A stretch of 64,000 bases of DNA from IMG/VR virus record IMGVR_UViG_3300035208_006730; one strand, 5' to 3'. The DNA is from a virus. Lineage: Duplodnaviria; Caudoviricetes. The translations under genes were made by a program, and so were the position numbers. This document shows positions 42,321 through 52,219 of the stretch, piece after piece (position 1 is the first letter of the stretch; each line of letters starts with the position of its first letter). Under the pieces are notes generated by a model. It was not told the DNA's origin, made no database searches, and saw only the letters and a program-made list of their open reading frames with translations.

Positions 42321-45300
42321 AGACTAATTTAGAACTCTATTTCGAATGGAAGTGCTTCGAGGGATTAAAAGCTCGAGGACTAGATAACGAACAGTATCGA
42401 AAACAATTAAATTACGAAATAGAGATCATCGAACAAAAAGGATTTCCAGGATACTTCTTGGTTGTCCAGGATCTTTTCAACTGGACAAGAAGAAACGATA
42501 TCTACTTTGGACCAGGTCGAGGTAGTGTTGTTGGATCTTTAATTGCCTACTGTCTTGGAATCACAAACTTAGATCCAATCAAATACGGATTAATCTTCGA
42601 AAGATTTATTAATCCAGGACGTATGAGTCCTCCAGATATAGATATGGATTTTGAGAAGTCTCGTCGAGAAGATGTCGTTAAATATGTTTCTGATAAATAT
42701 GGAAAGAACTGTGTTTCAGGAATCGGGACTATCGGAACAATGAAAGCTAAGCAGGCTATTCAAAGAGTCTGCAAAGTTCTTGGTTATTCTCTTGAAACTG
42801 GTCTTGAGATTCGTCGATTACTTCTACCTCCAAAAGCTGGTAAACCAACTCCACTCAAAGATTCAATCGAAGCGGTTCCAGAACTACAATTAGAACTAGA
42901 TGCTAAATCTCCAAAAGGAGAGATTCTTAAATGGGCATTGAAATTTGAAGACCGTATTAGTCAAAAGGGTGCTCATGCATGTTTTACTGGAGATTCATTA
43001 TTATGGACAGATCAAGGGCAAAAAGAAATAAAATCTCTTGTAGGACAAGAAGTAATTATTGCAACCTCAGATGGCTGGAAAAGAGGAACCGTTATAGACT
43101 CTGGTTTAAGGCAAATCTGTCAAATGACATGGAGTTATTCCAAATTTTCAAGTAGAAAAAGAACCACCAATCTTACTTTAGATCAATTAATTAAAATAGA
43201 TGACGGATGGATTAAAGCAAAAAATTCAATTAACTCTATTCTTAGTTTATCTCCAATGCAAAATTTAGATCTAATAGATGAACTCGCTGGTTGGTTTTGG
43301 AATGATGGAGGATATCGACTTAACGTTGGAATAATCTGTTTTAATACTAAAAAGGATTATGAAGCACAAATCCGATTTAGTTCATTATTGAATTCACAAC
43401 ATAAAGGAGCTCCACATAAATTTAATTTACCAATAAGAATTATACACGAGATTGAAAAAAGATTTAAAAATGGATTTAAGAATCTTAGACATGTAAAGGG
43501 ATGTCCAGAATTTAATAGTTTATCTTCAAAAATTGCTTGGCTTCGAGGAATGTTTTCTGCAAATGCTACAGTTCAACGCGGAAGTATCCGACTTAAATTA
43601 ACGTCTAAAGCTCTTTGTCAATTTATTCGAGATGAAGTTGATTCTCTAGGATTTACTTGTTCTCATTTATCTGAATGTCATTCTTCTCCTATCATTAAGG
43701 GAAAAAAAGTAAATAGTAGACCTTCATTCCAGTTTGAAATGTCAACTCAATCTGCATGGAATTTTGCTAATTTAATTGGATTTATACAGTCTTATAAACA
43801 GAAGAAAATTCTATCTCAAAAAATTCAGAAGATAGAAATAAAAGATATTCAACCTACCTATGATTTTTCAATTATAGATGAACAAGATTTCAATCTTCAA
43901 AATGGATATATAAACGGTATTTTAGTTCATAATAGCGGGATAATCATCACAGATCATCCAATCTCTGAAACAGCGCCACTACAAAGAGCTAAAGGCGATC
44001 AATTTGTTTCTCAATGGGATATGGGAACAATAGAAGAGGTGGGTCTTGTTAAATTTGATTTCCTAGGTTTGAAAACTCTCGATAAGATGCATTATGCAAT
44101 TGATATTATTCGAGAGAGAACTGGAAAACAAATTGACATTAACTCTATTTCTCCAGATGATCCCAAGGTATTTGACTTTATTCAAAAGGGTCAGCTTCTT
44201 GGAATCTTTCAGTTAGAAGGTTCGCAAGGAATTACAGATCTTTCTGTCAAAGTAAAACCTAAATGTCTAGAAGATCTATCAGCAATCCTAGCAATATTTC
44301 GACCTGGTCCTCTCCAAAGTTCGGGAATGCAAGATTATCTTCATTGGCGAGCAGGTGCTTCTGGTGTTTTTCTTATTCCAGAATTTGAAGAAATTCTGAA
44401 AGAAACTGGAGGCTTTATTATCTATCAAGAGCAAGTTCTTGAAATAGCTAGAAAGCTAGCAAAGTATAATTATACTGAGGCTGATAACTTTAGAAGATGT
44501 GTTGACGGAGAAACACTTTTTAATACGAAAGATGGATTACGAAAGATAAGTTGGCTAGCTGAAAATTCTAAAAAACCAGAAATTCTAACTCTCTCTAACT
44601 ATGAGTACAAATATAATCAGGCAAGAACAGTTTTCAGTTCAGGCTTTAAAGATACCATAAAGGTCATAACTGATAGTGGAACTGAATTAATATGTACTCC
44701 AGATCATAGAGTCTTTACTAATTATGGCTGGATGGAGGCTAAAGATTTAAATAGTGACTGTTTCTTACTCCACTGTATCGAAGAAAACTTCGGTTCATTT
44801 AAAATTGAAGAAGATATTCTTTTTCTCATAATAGCTCTTATCACGGAGGGATATTGTCCAGAAGAAAAGAATAGTTGGTACTTTTGTAACTCTAATGAAT
44901 TTTATATTAAAAAATTTTCTGATATATGTTCTCGTTTTTTAGGCTTTATTCCTAATCAATGGAAACAAAATAATACTTATTATGTTTCTGTTCCATTAAT
45001 TCTGCGAAATTTTTTAGAGCTTCATGGATTAATTCCGGGACTATCAAGAACAAAAAAACTTCCACAAGACTTTCTTAGACTTACAAGAGAACTTACCTTA
45101 AAAATGTTAGGATGGCTAATTGATTTTGATGGATATGTAGCCTTCAATGTAGATGGTTCACATGAGATGGGATATTCTTCGCGTTCAAAAGAGTTGGCTA
45201 AACAAATAAAGATAATAATGGAAAATTGTGGATTACGAAGTCTCTTTTCTAAAACGAATGTGAAGAATGAACCTCAATATCTTGCAAGTATTCGTGATAT

Positions 45301-47107
45301 AAAAGATTTAAAGATTATTGTAAATCTTCTTATTCCTTATAGTATAAAATGTAAAGATATTTCATTTCGAGAGCAACGAGAAAGTTTTACTTGTCATAAC
45401 GTTCCCCATAATATATGGTTCCCAATTATAGAAAATTTAATCAACAATTCAGGATTCTCGAGAAATAATATACTTTCAGGAGAAAGTGGTAGATATTTTT
45501 CTAAGTCGATAACAAAAGTAACTCTTAAGAAAATGCTTTCAGTTTGTGGAAGATCAAAAGCTCTTGAATTTTATTGTGGAGATAATAATTATTGGGATCG
45601 AGTTAGATCTATAAAAGATAATGGTAAAATCCAGGTTTTTGACTTTACAATGTCTTCTGAGGTAACTCCATGTGCATTTGGCAATAATCTTCTTATTCAT
45701 AATTCAATCGGCAAAAAAAAAGTAGATATTATCAAAAAAGAATATGAAAAGTTTCAAAGAGGTTGGTTGTCATCTAGTCTTGCCCAGGAAAAGTTAGATA
45801 TTTTCTGGGCGCAACTACTTGGATTTGCTGACTATCTTTTTAATAAGAGCCATTCTATGGCTTATGGATTTCTTAGTTATCAAACTGCCTATCTAAAAAC
45901 CTATTTCCCAGTAGAGTTTCTTACCGCCTGTATGATTCAAGATGCAACTGACTTAAATCAGATGACAAAATATCTTGGTGAATGTAAACGTATGGGAATT
46001 AGGGTATTGCCGCCCGATATTAATCGAAGTTCAGAAGACTTTATTATCACAGATCAGAACGAAATACAGTTCGGTCTTCTGCCAATCAAAGGAATTGGAG
46101 TTGGAACTGTTAAAGAGATTATGTCTAAGCGTAGGTCAGGCAGACCATACAAGGATATTCAAGATTTTTGTGATCGAGTTAATCTTTCTAAAGTAAACCG
46201 GAAACATCTAGAAGCTTTAGTTAATGGTGGAGCATTTGATTTTTCTGGCCAGACTCGAGCATCTCTAATCAACTGGATTGATCGATATTGGGCTTGGATG
46301 GATCTCAATGATTCCTATCAAAAGAAGATGGAGACTTTTTCTAAAAGAGTTATTGCCTTCGAAGAAAGAGAAAAATTAATCCAGGAAGCTCAAATAAAAC
46401 TTGCCGCTCTACTGGAAACCCCAGGTGTAACTAAAGAACAGTTAAAAGAAGCGAAAGCTTTTGCTCGAAAGCCTAAGCTAAAAAAACCAGAACGACCAGA
46501 AATAATTGAAACGCCTTCAATGATCTATTGTCCAGAACAACGAGCAGACCTATTACGTCTCGAGCATGAGCTTCTCGGATTCTTCGTTTCAGGCCATCCT
46601 CTCGAAAAGTTTCCTATTGCTGAGGAAGGCATTGACGCTATTGATACTTTGAAAGATTCATCTGATGGATTTATGACTAAAATTAGATGTGTCCCTATTC
46701 TTGTCAAGGATCATGTAACTAAAGCCAAAAAAGAAAAGATGGTCTTTGTTGAGCTAGAGGATCAGACTGGACGCATTGAAGGCGTAATGTTTCCAAAGGC
46801 CTATTCAAAATATGGTAAGCTTTTGCAACCTCTCACTCCTTGTATTGTAACTGTCAGAGTAGAAATAGTAGAGAATGAAGATGAAGAAGGAGAAGGATCT
46901 ACTAGAATAGCAAAGATACAGATTCAAAAAGTAGAAACATTAGACACTGGAGCATCAATGAAAAAGATTTCAGTTACACCTGCAAAGCTAGAAAATGTTA
47001 ACCTCATTCAATACGGAGAAGCAGTCAATCTCGAGATCAATTTTCTTTCTGGACTCGTAATTGAATTGGTCAAACCTGTGAGAGTGGAGTATGAAAAAGC
47101 TAATTGA
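42317..47107 (+). CDS. dnaE: DNA polymerase III alpha catalytic portion (palm/fingers/HhH/OB) with two inteins
   Basis: GPGRGS, FERFINPGR..PDIDMDF, KFDFLGLKTL, GIFQLE, IIYQEQV, FNKSHS, LPPDIN, LGFFVSGHPL, LEDQTG. Confidence 0.97.
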   Translation: MKTNLELYFEWKCFEGLKARGLDNEQYRKQLNYEIEIIEQKGFPGYFLVVQDLFNWTRRNDIYFGPGRGSVVGSLIAYCLGITNLDPIKYGLIFERFINPGRMSPPDIDMDFEKSRREDVVKYVSDKYGKNCVSGIGTIGTMKAKQAIQRVCKVLGYSLETGLEIRRLLLPPKAGKPTPLKDSIEAVPELQLELDAKSPKGEILKWALKFEDRISQKGAHACFTGDSLLWTDQGQKEIKSLVGQEVIIATSDGWKRGTVIDSGLRQICQMTWSYSKFSSRKRTTNLTLDQLIKIDDGWIKAKNSINSILSLSPMQNLDLIDELAGWFWNDGGYRLNVGIICFNTKKDYEAQIRFSSLLNSQHKGAPHKFNLPIRIIHEIEKRFKNGFKNLRHVKGCPEFNSLSSKIAWLRGMFSANATVQRGSIRLKLTSKALCQFIRDEVDSLGFTCSHLSECHSSPIIKGKKVNSRPSFQFEMSTQSAWNFANLIGFIQSYKQKKILSQKIQKIEIKDIQPTYDFSIIDEQDFNLQNGYINGILVHNSGIIITDHPISETAPLQRAKGDQFVSQWDMGTIEEVGLVKFDFLGLKTLDKMHYAIDIIRERTGKQIDINSISPDDPKVFDFIQKGQLLGIFQLEGSQGITDLSVKVKPKCLEDLSAILAIFRPGPLQSSGMQDYLHWRAGASGVFLIPEFEEILKETGGFIIYQEQVLEIARKLAKYNYTEADNFRRCVDGETLFNTKDGLRKISWLAENSKKPEILTLSNYEYKYNQARTVFSSGFKDTIKVITDSGTELICTPDHRVFTNYGWMEAKDLNSDCFLLHCIEENFGSFKIEEDILFLIIALITEGYCPEEKNSWYFCNSNEFYIKKFSDICSRFLGFIPNQWKQNNTYYVSVPLILRNFLELHGLIPGLSRTKKLPQDFLRLTRELTLKMLGWLIDFDGYVAFNVDGSHEMGYSSRSKELAKQIKIIMENCGLRSLFSKTNVKNEPQYLASIRDIKDLKIIVNLLIPYSIKCKDISFREQRESFTCHNVPHNIWFPIIENLINNSGFSRNNILSGESGRYFSKSITKVTLKKMLSVCGRSKALEFYCGDNNYWDRVRSIKDNGKIQVFDFTMSSEVTPCAFGNNLLIHNSIGKKKVDIIKKEYEKFQRGWLSSSLAQEKLDIFWAQLLGFADYLFNKSHSMAYGFLSYQTAYLKTYFPVEFLTACMIQDATDLNQMTKYLGECKRMGIRVLPPDINRSSEDFIITDQNEIQFGLLPIKGIGVGTVKEIMSKRRSGRPYKDIQDFCDRVNLSKVNRKHLEALVNGGAFDFSGQTRASLINWIDRYWAWMDLNDSYQKKMETFSKRVIAFEEREKLIQEAQIKLAALLETPGVTKEQLKEAKAFARKPKLKKPERPEIIETPSMIYCPEQRADLLRLEHELLGFFVSGHPLEKFPIAEEGIDAIDTLKDSSDGFMTKIRCVPILVKDHVTKAKKEKMVFVELEDQTGRIEGVMFPKAYSKYGKLLQPLTPCIVTVRVEIVENEDEEGEGSTRIAKIQIQKVETLDTGASMKKISVTPAKLENVNLIQYGEAVNLEINFLSGLVIELVKPVRVEYEKAN
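42980..43933 (+). mobile_element. intein 1 in DnaE (318 aa, LAGLIDADG-type endonuclease)
   Basis: GAHA|CFTGDS...ILVHN|SGII; LAGWFWNDG and WLRGMFSAN blocks. Confidence 0.92.
44498..45703 (+). mobile_element. intein 2 in DnaE (402 aa, LAGLIDADG-type endonuclease)
   Basis: DNFRR|CVDGET...TPDHRV...LLIHN|SIGKK; IALITEG and LGWLIDFDG blocks. Confidence 0.93.
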
Positions 47108-47203
47108 TGTTATCGGAATTCTTGGCATTTTAATGGTTGTCGGTTGTTTGACTGTTCCTGTTCCTGCCATTTCTCCTCTCTTACTTATTGCCTTTATTAT
47201 CTA

Positions 47204-47233
47204 TTGCGTAGGAAAGAGAAAGTAGGATATAAT
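47204..47233 (+). promoter_or_regulatory. candidate sigma70 promoter
   Basis: TTGCGT-18 nt-TATAAT followed by GGGAGG RBS and ATG 47256. Confidence 0.55.
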
Positions 47234-47255
47234 AAGGGCTAATAAGGGAGGTTTC

Positions 47256-48398
47256 ATGGACATACACCCATGGTCTGATAGAGAAAAGTATCTATTTCTG
47301 GCACTACGACGTTCATTGGGATCAAAAGAAATATTTGATATTTTTAAAGCTCTTGGATATGAACGTAGTTATGTCTCAATAAGAAAATTTGCGCAACGAC
47401 AAGGCCGAATAGAAAAAGGTCCAATCATTGGAGAATTCTCTAGAGAAGAACGAGATGCTATTGAAGATGTGATTGGAAAAGAAAAGTTTGAGTTCTATTT
47501 CCAGAAAGGCATTAGCCTTTTGCCTCCTAAAAAAGATTCTCTTTCTGAAACTCTTTCTCTCATTAATGAACATGCTTCAAAGGTTAAGATCTGTCCAATC
47601 AAAAAGCAATCAATTAGTGGAGAACAAGTTGTTGTCTGTCTTTCGGACATTCATTATGGGTCTACTGTCAGAGATCCTCAAACTGGTGAAGAAATTTACA
47701 ATCAGACCATTGCTCTAAAAAGATTAACTGATCTTCCAAGTCGACTAATAGGCTGTATTCCTCAACGAAAATATGCTGGAGTAACAATAGTCCTTGCCGG
47801 AGATATTGTTGATGGAGAGGATATCTATCCCACTCATTCTAGGCATTCTACCATTCCTGTTATTGATCAAGTTAAAGATCTTGTGGAAGCTCTTTGGATT
47901 AATATCTGTTCTCTGAATCGGATATTTCCAAATGTTAGAGTTGTTTGTGTAGCAGGAAATCATGGTCGAGGTGGCGATAGATTTGATGAAAGAAGTAATT
48001 GGGACAATGTTGTTTATCAACAGTTATTGCTTCTTTCTCGAATGCAAATTGATGTGAATGTCCAGGTTCAAGTATCCTTTGGTTCCTCATTTAATTTCGA
48101 TGTTAATGGCTGGACAGGCCATGTTCGACACTATGGAGTACGTCACGACGGAACTGCAGGTATGGAACAAAAAATGGGTGGCTGGCTAGCCGAACATTCG
48201 TTCGATTTTCTAATCTGTGGCCATTTCCATACTGCAGGAATTCTTACCTATAACGGACGGTATATCTTTAGGAACGGTGCAGTAATGCCTCCAAATGATC
48301 TTGCTGATAGAATGGCAAAATCAGATATTCCTCGTCAAATAGTTTTTGGAGTTTCAGAAGAAACACTTCCAACCTTTGTGGGATTTCTTACATGGTAA
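47256..48398 (+). CDS. metallophosphoesterase/nuclease with N-terminal helical (HTH-like) domain
   Basis: LSDIHYG, AGDIVDG, AGNHGR, CGHFH, NGA motifs. Confidence 0.85.
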   Translation: MDIHPWSDREKYLFLALRRSLGSKEIFDIFKALGYERSYVSIRKFAQRQGRIEKGPIIGEFSREERDAIEDVIGKEKFEFYFQKGISLLPPKKDSLSETLSLINEHASKVKICPIKKQSISGEQVVVCLSDIHYGSTVRDPQTGEEIYNQTIALKRLTDLPSRLIGCIPQRKYAGVTIVLAGDIVDGEDIYPTHSRHSTIPVIDQVKDLVEALWINICSLNRIFPNVRVVCVAGNHGRGGDRFDERSNWDNVVYQQLLLLSRMQIDVNVQVQVSFGSSFNFDVNGWTGHVRHYGVRHDGTAGMEQKMGGWLAEHSFDFLICGHFHTAGILTYNGRYIFRNGAVMPPNDLADRMAKSDIPRQIVFGVSEETLPTFVGFLTW

Positions 48399-48884
48399 CC
48401 TGGAAAGAACAACGAGAATTTACAAAAGTAAAAATAGATGAATTAAAGCCATTCGAATTCGTTAATCCAAATGAAACCTATTTTTTAATAGATACCATCT
48501 ATTACAGAACTGAAGAAGAACGTCAAACCATTATGAAAGAAATTCAAGATAAATTTATTGGAGAACCCAACACTGAAGAAACTCATTACAAGATTCAGCA
48601 ATGGATTCTTCAAAAACAACGAGAAATGGAATGTTCATGGTAAATACAAAAAATTATCAACGTGGATTCAACGATGCCTATCAGGATAGATGTGAAGGTG
48701 CTCCATTTGCTTCTATAGGAGGAATGGATAAAAGACTTTCTCCTATACTCCCAGACTATATCAGACAACAAGCTAAAGTTCCATATTTGAATGGATATAT
48801 GGCCTGTTGTCAAGAAGCGTTCGGAGATACATGGAAGACTGATAATTTTCAATGGATTCCAGCTATTGAGATTAGAGGATAAAA

Positions 48885-49466
48885 ATGGAAAGAAAATGTT
48901 GGACTCAATCACTATCTGGTATGGAAATTGACTTTCACAATCCAGATCCAAATAATATCTTTATTGATGATATAGCTCATTCTCTGAGTCACATCTGCCG
49001 ATTTACAGGGGCTATCCCAAAATTTTATTCAGTCGCTCAGCATTGTTGTATCTGTGCAATGCATGTTCCAAAAGAATTTAAACTTACAGCACTCCTTCAT
49101 GATGCTGCAGAAGCATTTATTCAAGATGTTAACTCTCCACTAAAAAAGGCAATGAGAGAGATAGCCGAGACAACATCTGATTATTCACTTTATGGAGTGA
49201 CATCTTCTCCTTATGATATTATTGAAGAACGAATGAATCTTCTGATCTCTGAAAAGTTTGGAACGATCTATCCATTTCCTCTTGAGGTTATTGAGGCGGA
49301 TTTGAGAGCATTAGCAACTGAAGCAACTTCTTTTGGTTGTTTAGATCGTGCGCCGAAAAGTTGGGATCTCCCATTTCCTGCCTATAAAAAACTGATTACT
49401 CCTCAGACTTCCAAGACTGCTAAAAAGAAATTTCTTGAGCTCTTCCATTCTTTAACGGAGGGTTAA
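48885..49466 (+). CDS. HD-domain 5'-deoxynucleotidase (YfbR/YfdR-like)
   Basis: DIAHSLSHICRFTG, YSVAQHC, LLHDAAEAFIQD, ADLRALATE. Confidence 0.9.
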   Translation: MERKCWTQSLSGMEIDFHNPDPNNIFIDDIAHSLSHICRFTGAIPKFYSVAQHCCICAMHVPKEFKLTALLHDAAEAFIQDVNSPLKKAMREIAETTSDYSLYGVTSSPYDIIEERMNLLISEKFGTIYPFPLEVIEADLRALATEATSFGCLDRAPKSWDLPFPAYKKLITPQTSKTAKKKFLELFHSLTEG

Positions 49467-49712
49467 TGAAAAAATCTGTAGGAACTCAATGCCGAGAAGG
49501 ACTAGAGAAATTCAACAAAAATAAAGGGAGTAAACACAAAGAAGCAATAGCCCTTTCAGAAAGAAATCATCGAAGAGTTGAGAGAGTAAAAATTCTGCGG
49601 GAAATAGAACAACTCCTAGGAGAAAAAGAGTTTGAAAAGAAAGCGATTACTCTCCGAAAAATGGAGACAGAACTTCTCAAAAGTTTTCTCAAAGAAATAA
49701 AGGAAAAGAAAA

Positions 49713-49955
49713 ATGACAGAGGTAGTAAAGACAAGAAAAAAGAAATCAATGATTCGAGGAATTGACGGAGTTCCAATTGAAGTAAGTCTTTCTCGAACAA
49801 CAGCTATTAAAGTTTTTTGTACCGAATGTATGGGAGATGGAGAGAATCCAAAAGAATGTACTTCACCTCTCTGTCCTCTATTCCTTTTTAGAGGCAAGTC
49901 AATGATCTCAAGAGGCAAAAGGAAAAAGCATGCAGAAACCCCAAGTCAACAATGA
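49713..49955 (+). CDS. small Cys-rich protein
   Basis: AIKVFCTECMG...CTSPLCPLFLFR. Confidence 0.6.
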   Translation: MTEVVKTRKKKSMIRGIDGVPIEVSLSRTTAIKVFCTECMGDGENPKECTSPLCPLFLFRGKSMISRGKRKKHAETPSQQ

Positions 49956-50304
49956 AACAGATGAAATAGTATTTTCAGATGATTCAGAACCAGAAATGTT
50001 TTATGGAATTGGATTTCAAGAGGAGAAACCTATGAGCGAATTCGTAACAAGGTATGGCCTTGGATTTGGAGAACCAGTGACATCACTCTATGCAATAGAT
50101 GTTCCAGACTTTCCGAAGTTTCCTCAGGACTTCAAAGAAACTCTTGCTGATCCTTATACACAGGATTTAATACAGAGAGTTAAAGATCTCAAAAATCTTC
50201 TTCTTATCTGCTATCAGGTTCTTCAGGATAAGAAAGCAAAGAAAAATGAAAAAGAAGATCTGATTAATCAAATCAGAGAAACCCTAACCACAATAGGATA
50301 ACAG

Positions 50305-50829
50305 ATGGAAAACAACGTAGTAGACATGCAAGGGAAACCAGTTGTGAATGATACTCGTGCTGAATCAGGAGCAGAAGATCAAGAAGTGAAGACTGAAGAG
50401 GTTAAAGAAGCTCCAGCTGATCTTCAAGTTGTCAAGCCTCTTCGAGATCTTCAATCAACCTATCAAGAAGCAATGGCTGAAGCCCACACTTTCCTATCTA
50501 AAGGATCGATTGTTGCTTCACCTTCCAACAAATCAATGGCTAAAGGAATGAGAGCTCTAACCGTTGCCGTTGATTGCCAGCATGCATTTTTGAATATGAT
50601 GGCAGAAGATCTTGAGAATGTGATTCAAAAACTTGAAGAGATCCGTCTGAATCAGTTTATGCAAGGTCATTCAATGGCGGATTTACGAGACATTCTGATC
50701 AAGGGTAATATAGTCCCCGAAGAGGTTATGCAAGAGTCCTGGAATAAACATTTGGAAGCTGTCAAGGCAGAAGTCCAAGCTCAAAAAGATGCTACTGAAG
50801 CAATGGCTGCACCCGCCGAAACGAAGTAA
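50305..50829 (+). CDS. helical hypothetical protein, last gene of the + strand block
   Basis: 174-aa ORF convergent with the minus-strand block. Confidence 0.6.
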   Translation: MENNVVDMQGKPVVNDTRAESGAEDQEVKTEEVKEAPADLQVVKPLRDLQSTYQEAMAEAHTFLSKGSIVASPSNKSMAKGMRALTVAVDCQHAFLNMMAEDLENVIQKLEEIRLNQFMQGHSMADLRDILIKGNIVPEEVMQESWNKHLEAVKAEVQAQKDATEAMAAPAETK

Positions 50830-51253
50830 GTTTTCCTTCGATCATTATTCTTTTCTTCTCATCTAAAGATAAAAAAATCCATTCTCTTTCTATTGGCTCC
50901 TGGGGTTCGAGAGCTTCGGGATTCAAAAGAATTCTATTTCTTATTCCTTCGAGAATGAATACTACTCTTTGAATCCCAATATTCGTTAGATAAAATCCAA
51001 GACTTCCCTTGCAGTTAGTCCAAAATTTCTTTTTTCTTTTCAAATTAAACCACTGAGTAATACCTCGCCAAAATTCTAGTCTTAATTCTTGTTCTAGATC
51101 TTCTCGTTCTGGAAGATGGCGAAAAATTACTGGAGAAAATTTACACCAGTTATTGAATCTTTTGGAAATTGAATCTTCTTTTAAATAGAGACCAAAGGTG
51201 AGATCAGTTAATTTTTGGACTAGATATTCGTAACTAAGAAGAACTTTTTTCAT
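50792..51253 (-). CDS. sigma-70 region-2-like protein
   Basis: EREDLEQELRLEFWRGI...SLGFYL resembles sigma region 2; no region 4 visible. Confidence 0.45.
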   Translation of the reverse strand: MKKVLLSYEYLVQKLTDLTFGLYLKEDSISKRFNNWCKFSPVIFRHLPEREDLEQELRLEFWRGITQWFNLKRKKKFWTNCKGSLGFYLTNIGIQRVVFILEGIRNRILLNPEALEPQEPIEREWIFLSLDEKKRIMIEGKLTSFRRVQPLLQ

Positions 51254-51617
51254 GAAGTACGAACCTTTTAAAAAGCTTTTCAAAAGTATCTCGATTACCT
51301 TTTATTCCTGAACCAATAGAAGTAAATTTAAAACTTGGAAACCATATCTCTTTCTCTACTTCAATTAACTCAGAGAAAGTTTTTAATGTTTCTTGTCTCC
51401 ATTTCATTGAATCTTTTATTGATTCAAAATAGTCAAGCATAAATTCTTTGTTAAAAGGATGTTGAAAGAAACAAACTAGACGGTCAAAGTTTTCAATGAA
51501 TTTAAAGAATAGTTCTTTACTGTTAAGATCTTCCATGATAAGTCCAATATTAACGGCTTCATCTTGACAAATGTCATCACACCATTGGATAATACAAAAC
51601 TGATAGTTCATTCCCAA
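51234..51617 (-). CDS. DUF3037 family protein
   Basis: YQFCIIQW..D...EAVNIGLI...RL.CF...FKFT....LFKRFV. Confidence 0.7.
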   Translation of the reverse strand: MGMNYQFCIIQWCDDICQDEAVNIGLIMEDLNSKELFFKFIENFDRLVCFFQHPFNKEFMLDYFESIKDSMKWRQETLKTFSELIEVEKEIWFPSFKFTSIGSGIKGNRDTFEKLFKRFVLHEKSSS

Positions 51618-52219
51618 TTCTCTATGACTTTCTTGTACTCTTTATTTAAAGAGTTGTAATAGGCAAAAGTTTCAACACCAGCTTGAGCATAATACTTTGC
51701 TGCAGTTGTTTTGTCACTTCCCGGAACACATCGAATCTTTTTGAAATCTTCAGGAAAGAACTTCTTCATTCTAGATAGAGCTGTTCTTGCTTGAGGAATT
51801 AGTTGGCCCTTTATTTCAACCCAAAGATCTAAATCAGGTAAATAGAAATCAGGAGCGTAACTAATAGTTCCTTTCTTTACTCCTGGGAAAATAAATACTT
51901 TTGGTTCATAAGTCCATTTGATATTTTTATAGTTGAGATAACGCGCAAAATTTGCTTCCCAAGAAGAACGAAAGAAACAACCTAAGTCCTTACGTCGACC
52001 AATGTTCGTTCGTTTCTTTCCAGGTCCTTTTTCTACCGTTTTTCCATCCATTTCATCAAGTTTTTTCTTGAGAGCGTTTCTTGATTTCCCCAGAATGAGA
52101 CAAAGTTGATTGGTAGCTTCATCTCGTTTCCCTTTTACCTCGAGATCTTTTCGATGTTCTTGAAGATATTGAGTTTCAAGGGGAGACCAAGATGGAGCGG
52201 CTCGTCTAAAAAATCCCAT
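51608..52219 (-). CDS. PD-(D/E)xK endonuclease (T7 endonuclease I/DUF790-like)
   Basis: FRSSWEANFARYL, WTYEP, YAPDFYL, WVEIKG. Confidence 0.85.
   Translation of the reverse strand: MGFFRRAAPSWSPLETQYLQEHRKDLEVKGKRDEATNQLCLILGKSRNALKKKLDEMDGKTVEKGPGKKRTNIGRRKDLGCFFRSSWEANFARYLNYKNIKWTYEPKVFIFPGVKKGTISYAPDFYLPDLDLWVEIKGQLIPQARTALSRMKKFFPEDFKKIRCVPGSDKTTAAKYYAQAGVETFAYYNSLNKEYKKVIENWE

Larger units (their letters stand above)
41348..42352 (+). repeat. 8-bp direct repeat AATGGAAG (41348-41355 and 42345-42352) flanking the block between the dnaE halves
   Basis: read directly; both copies carry Trp-Lys codons in the respective dnaE frames. Confidence 0.8.

Noticed and set aside
41356-42344. Group I or II intron between the dnaE halves
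   Set aside because: The interval is almost fully occupied by ordinary ORFs and no ribozyme core was recognisable; a covariance-model search is needed to exclude it formally
41340-42360. Split intein joining the dnaE halves
   Set aside because: The PHP ORF has no CL/CF intein N-terminus at its end, and the second ORF has no HN/C or HN/S IntC at its start
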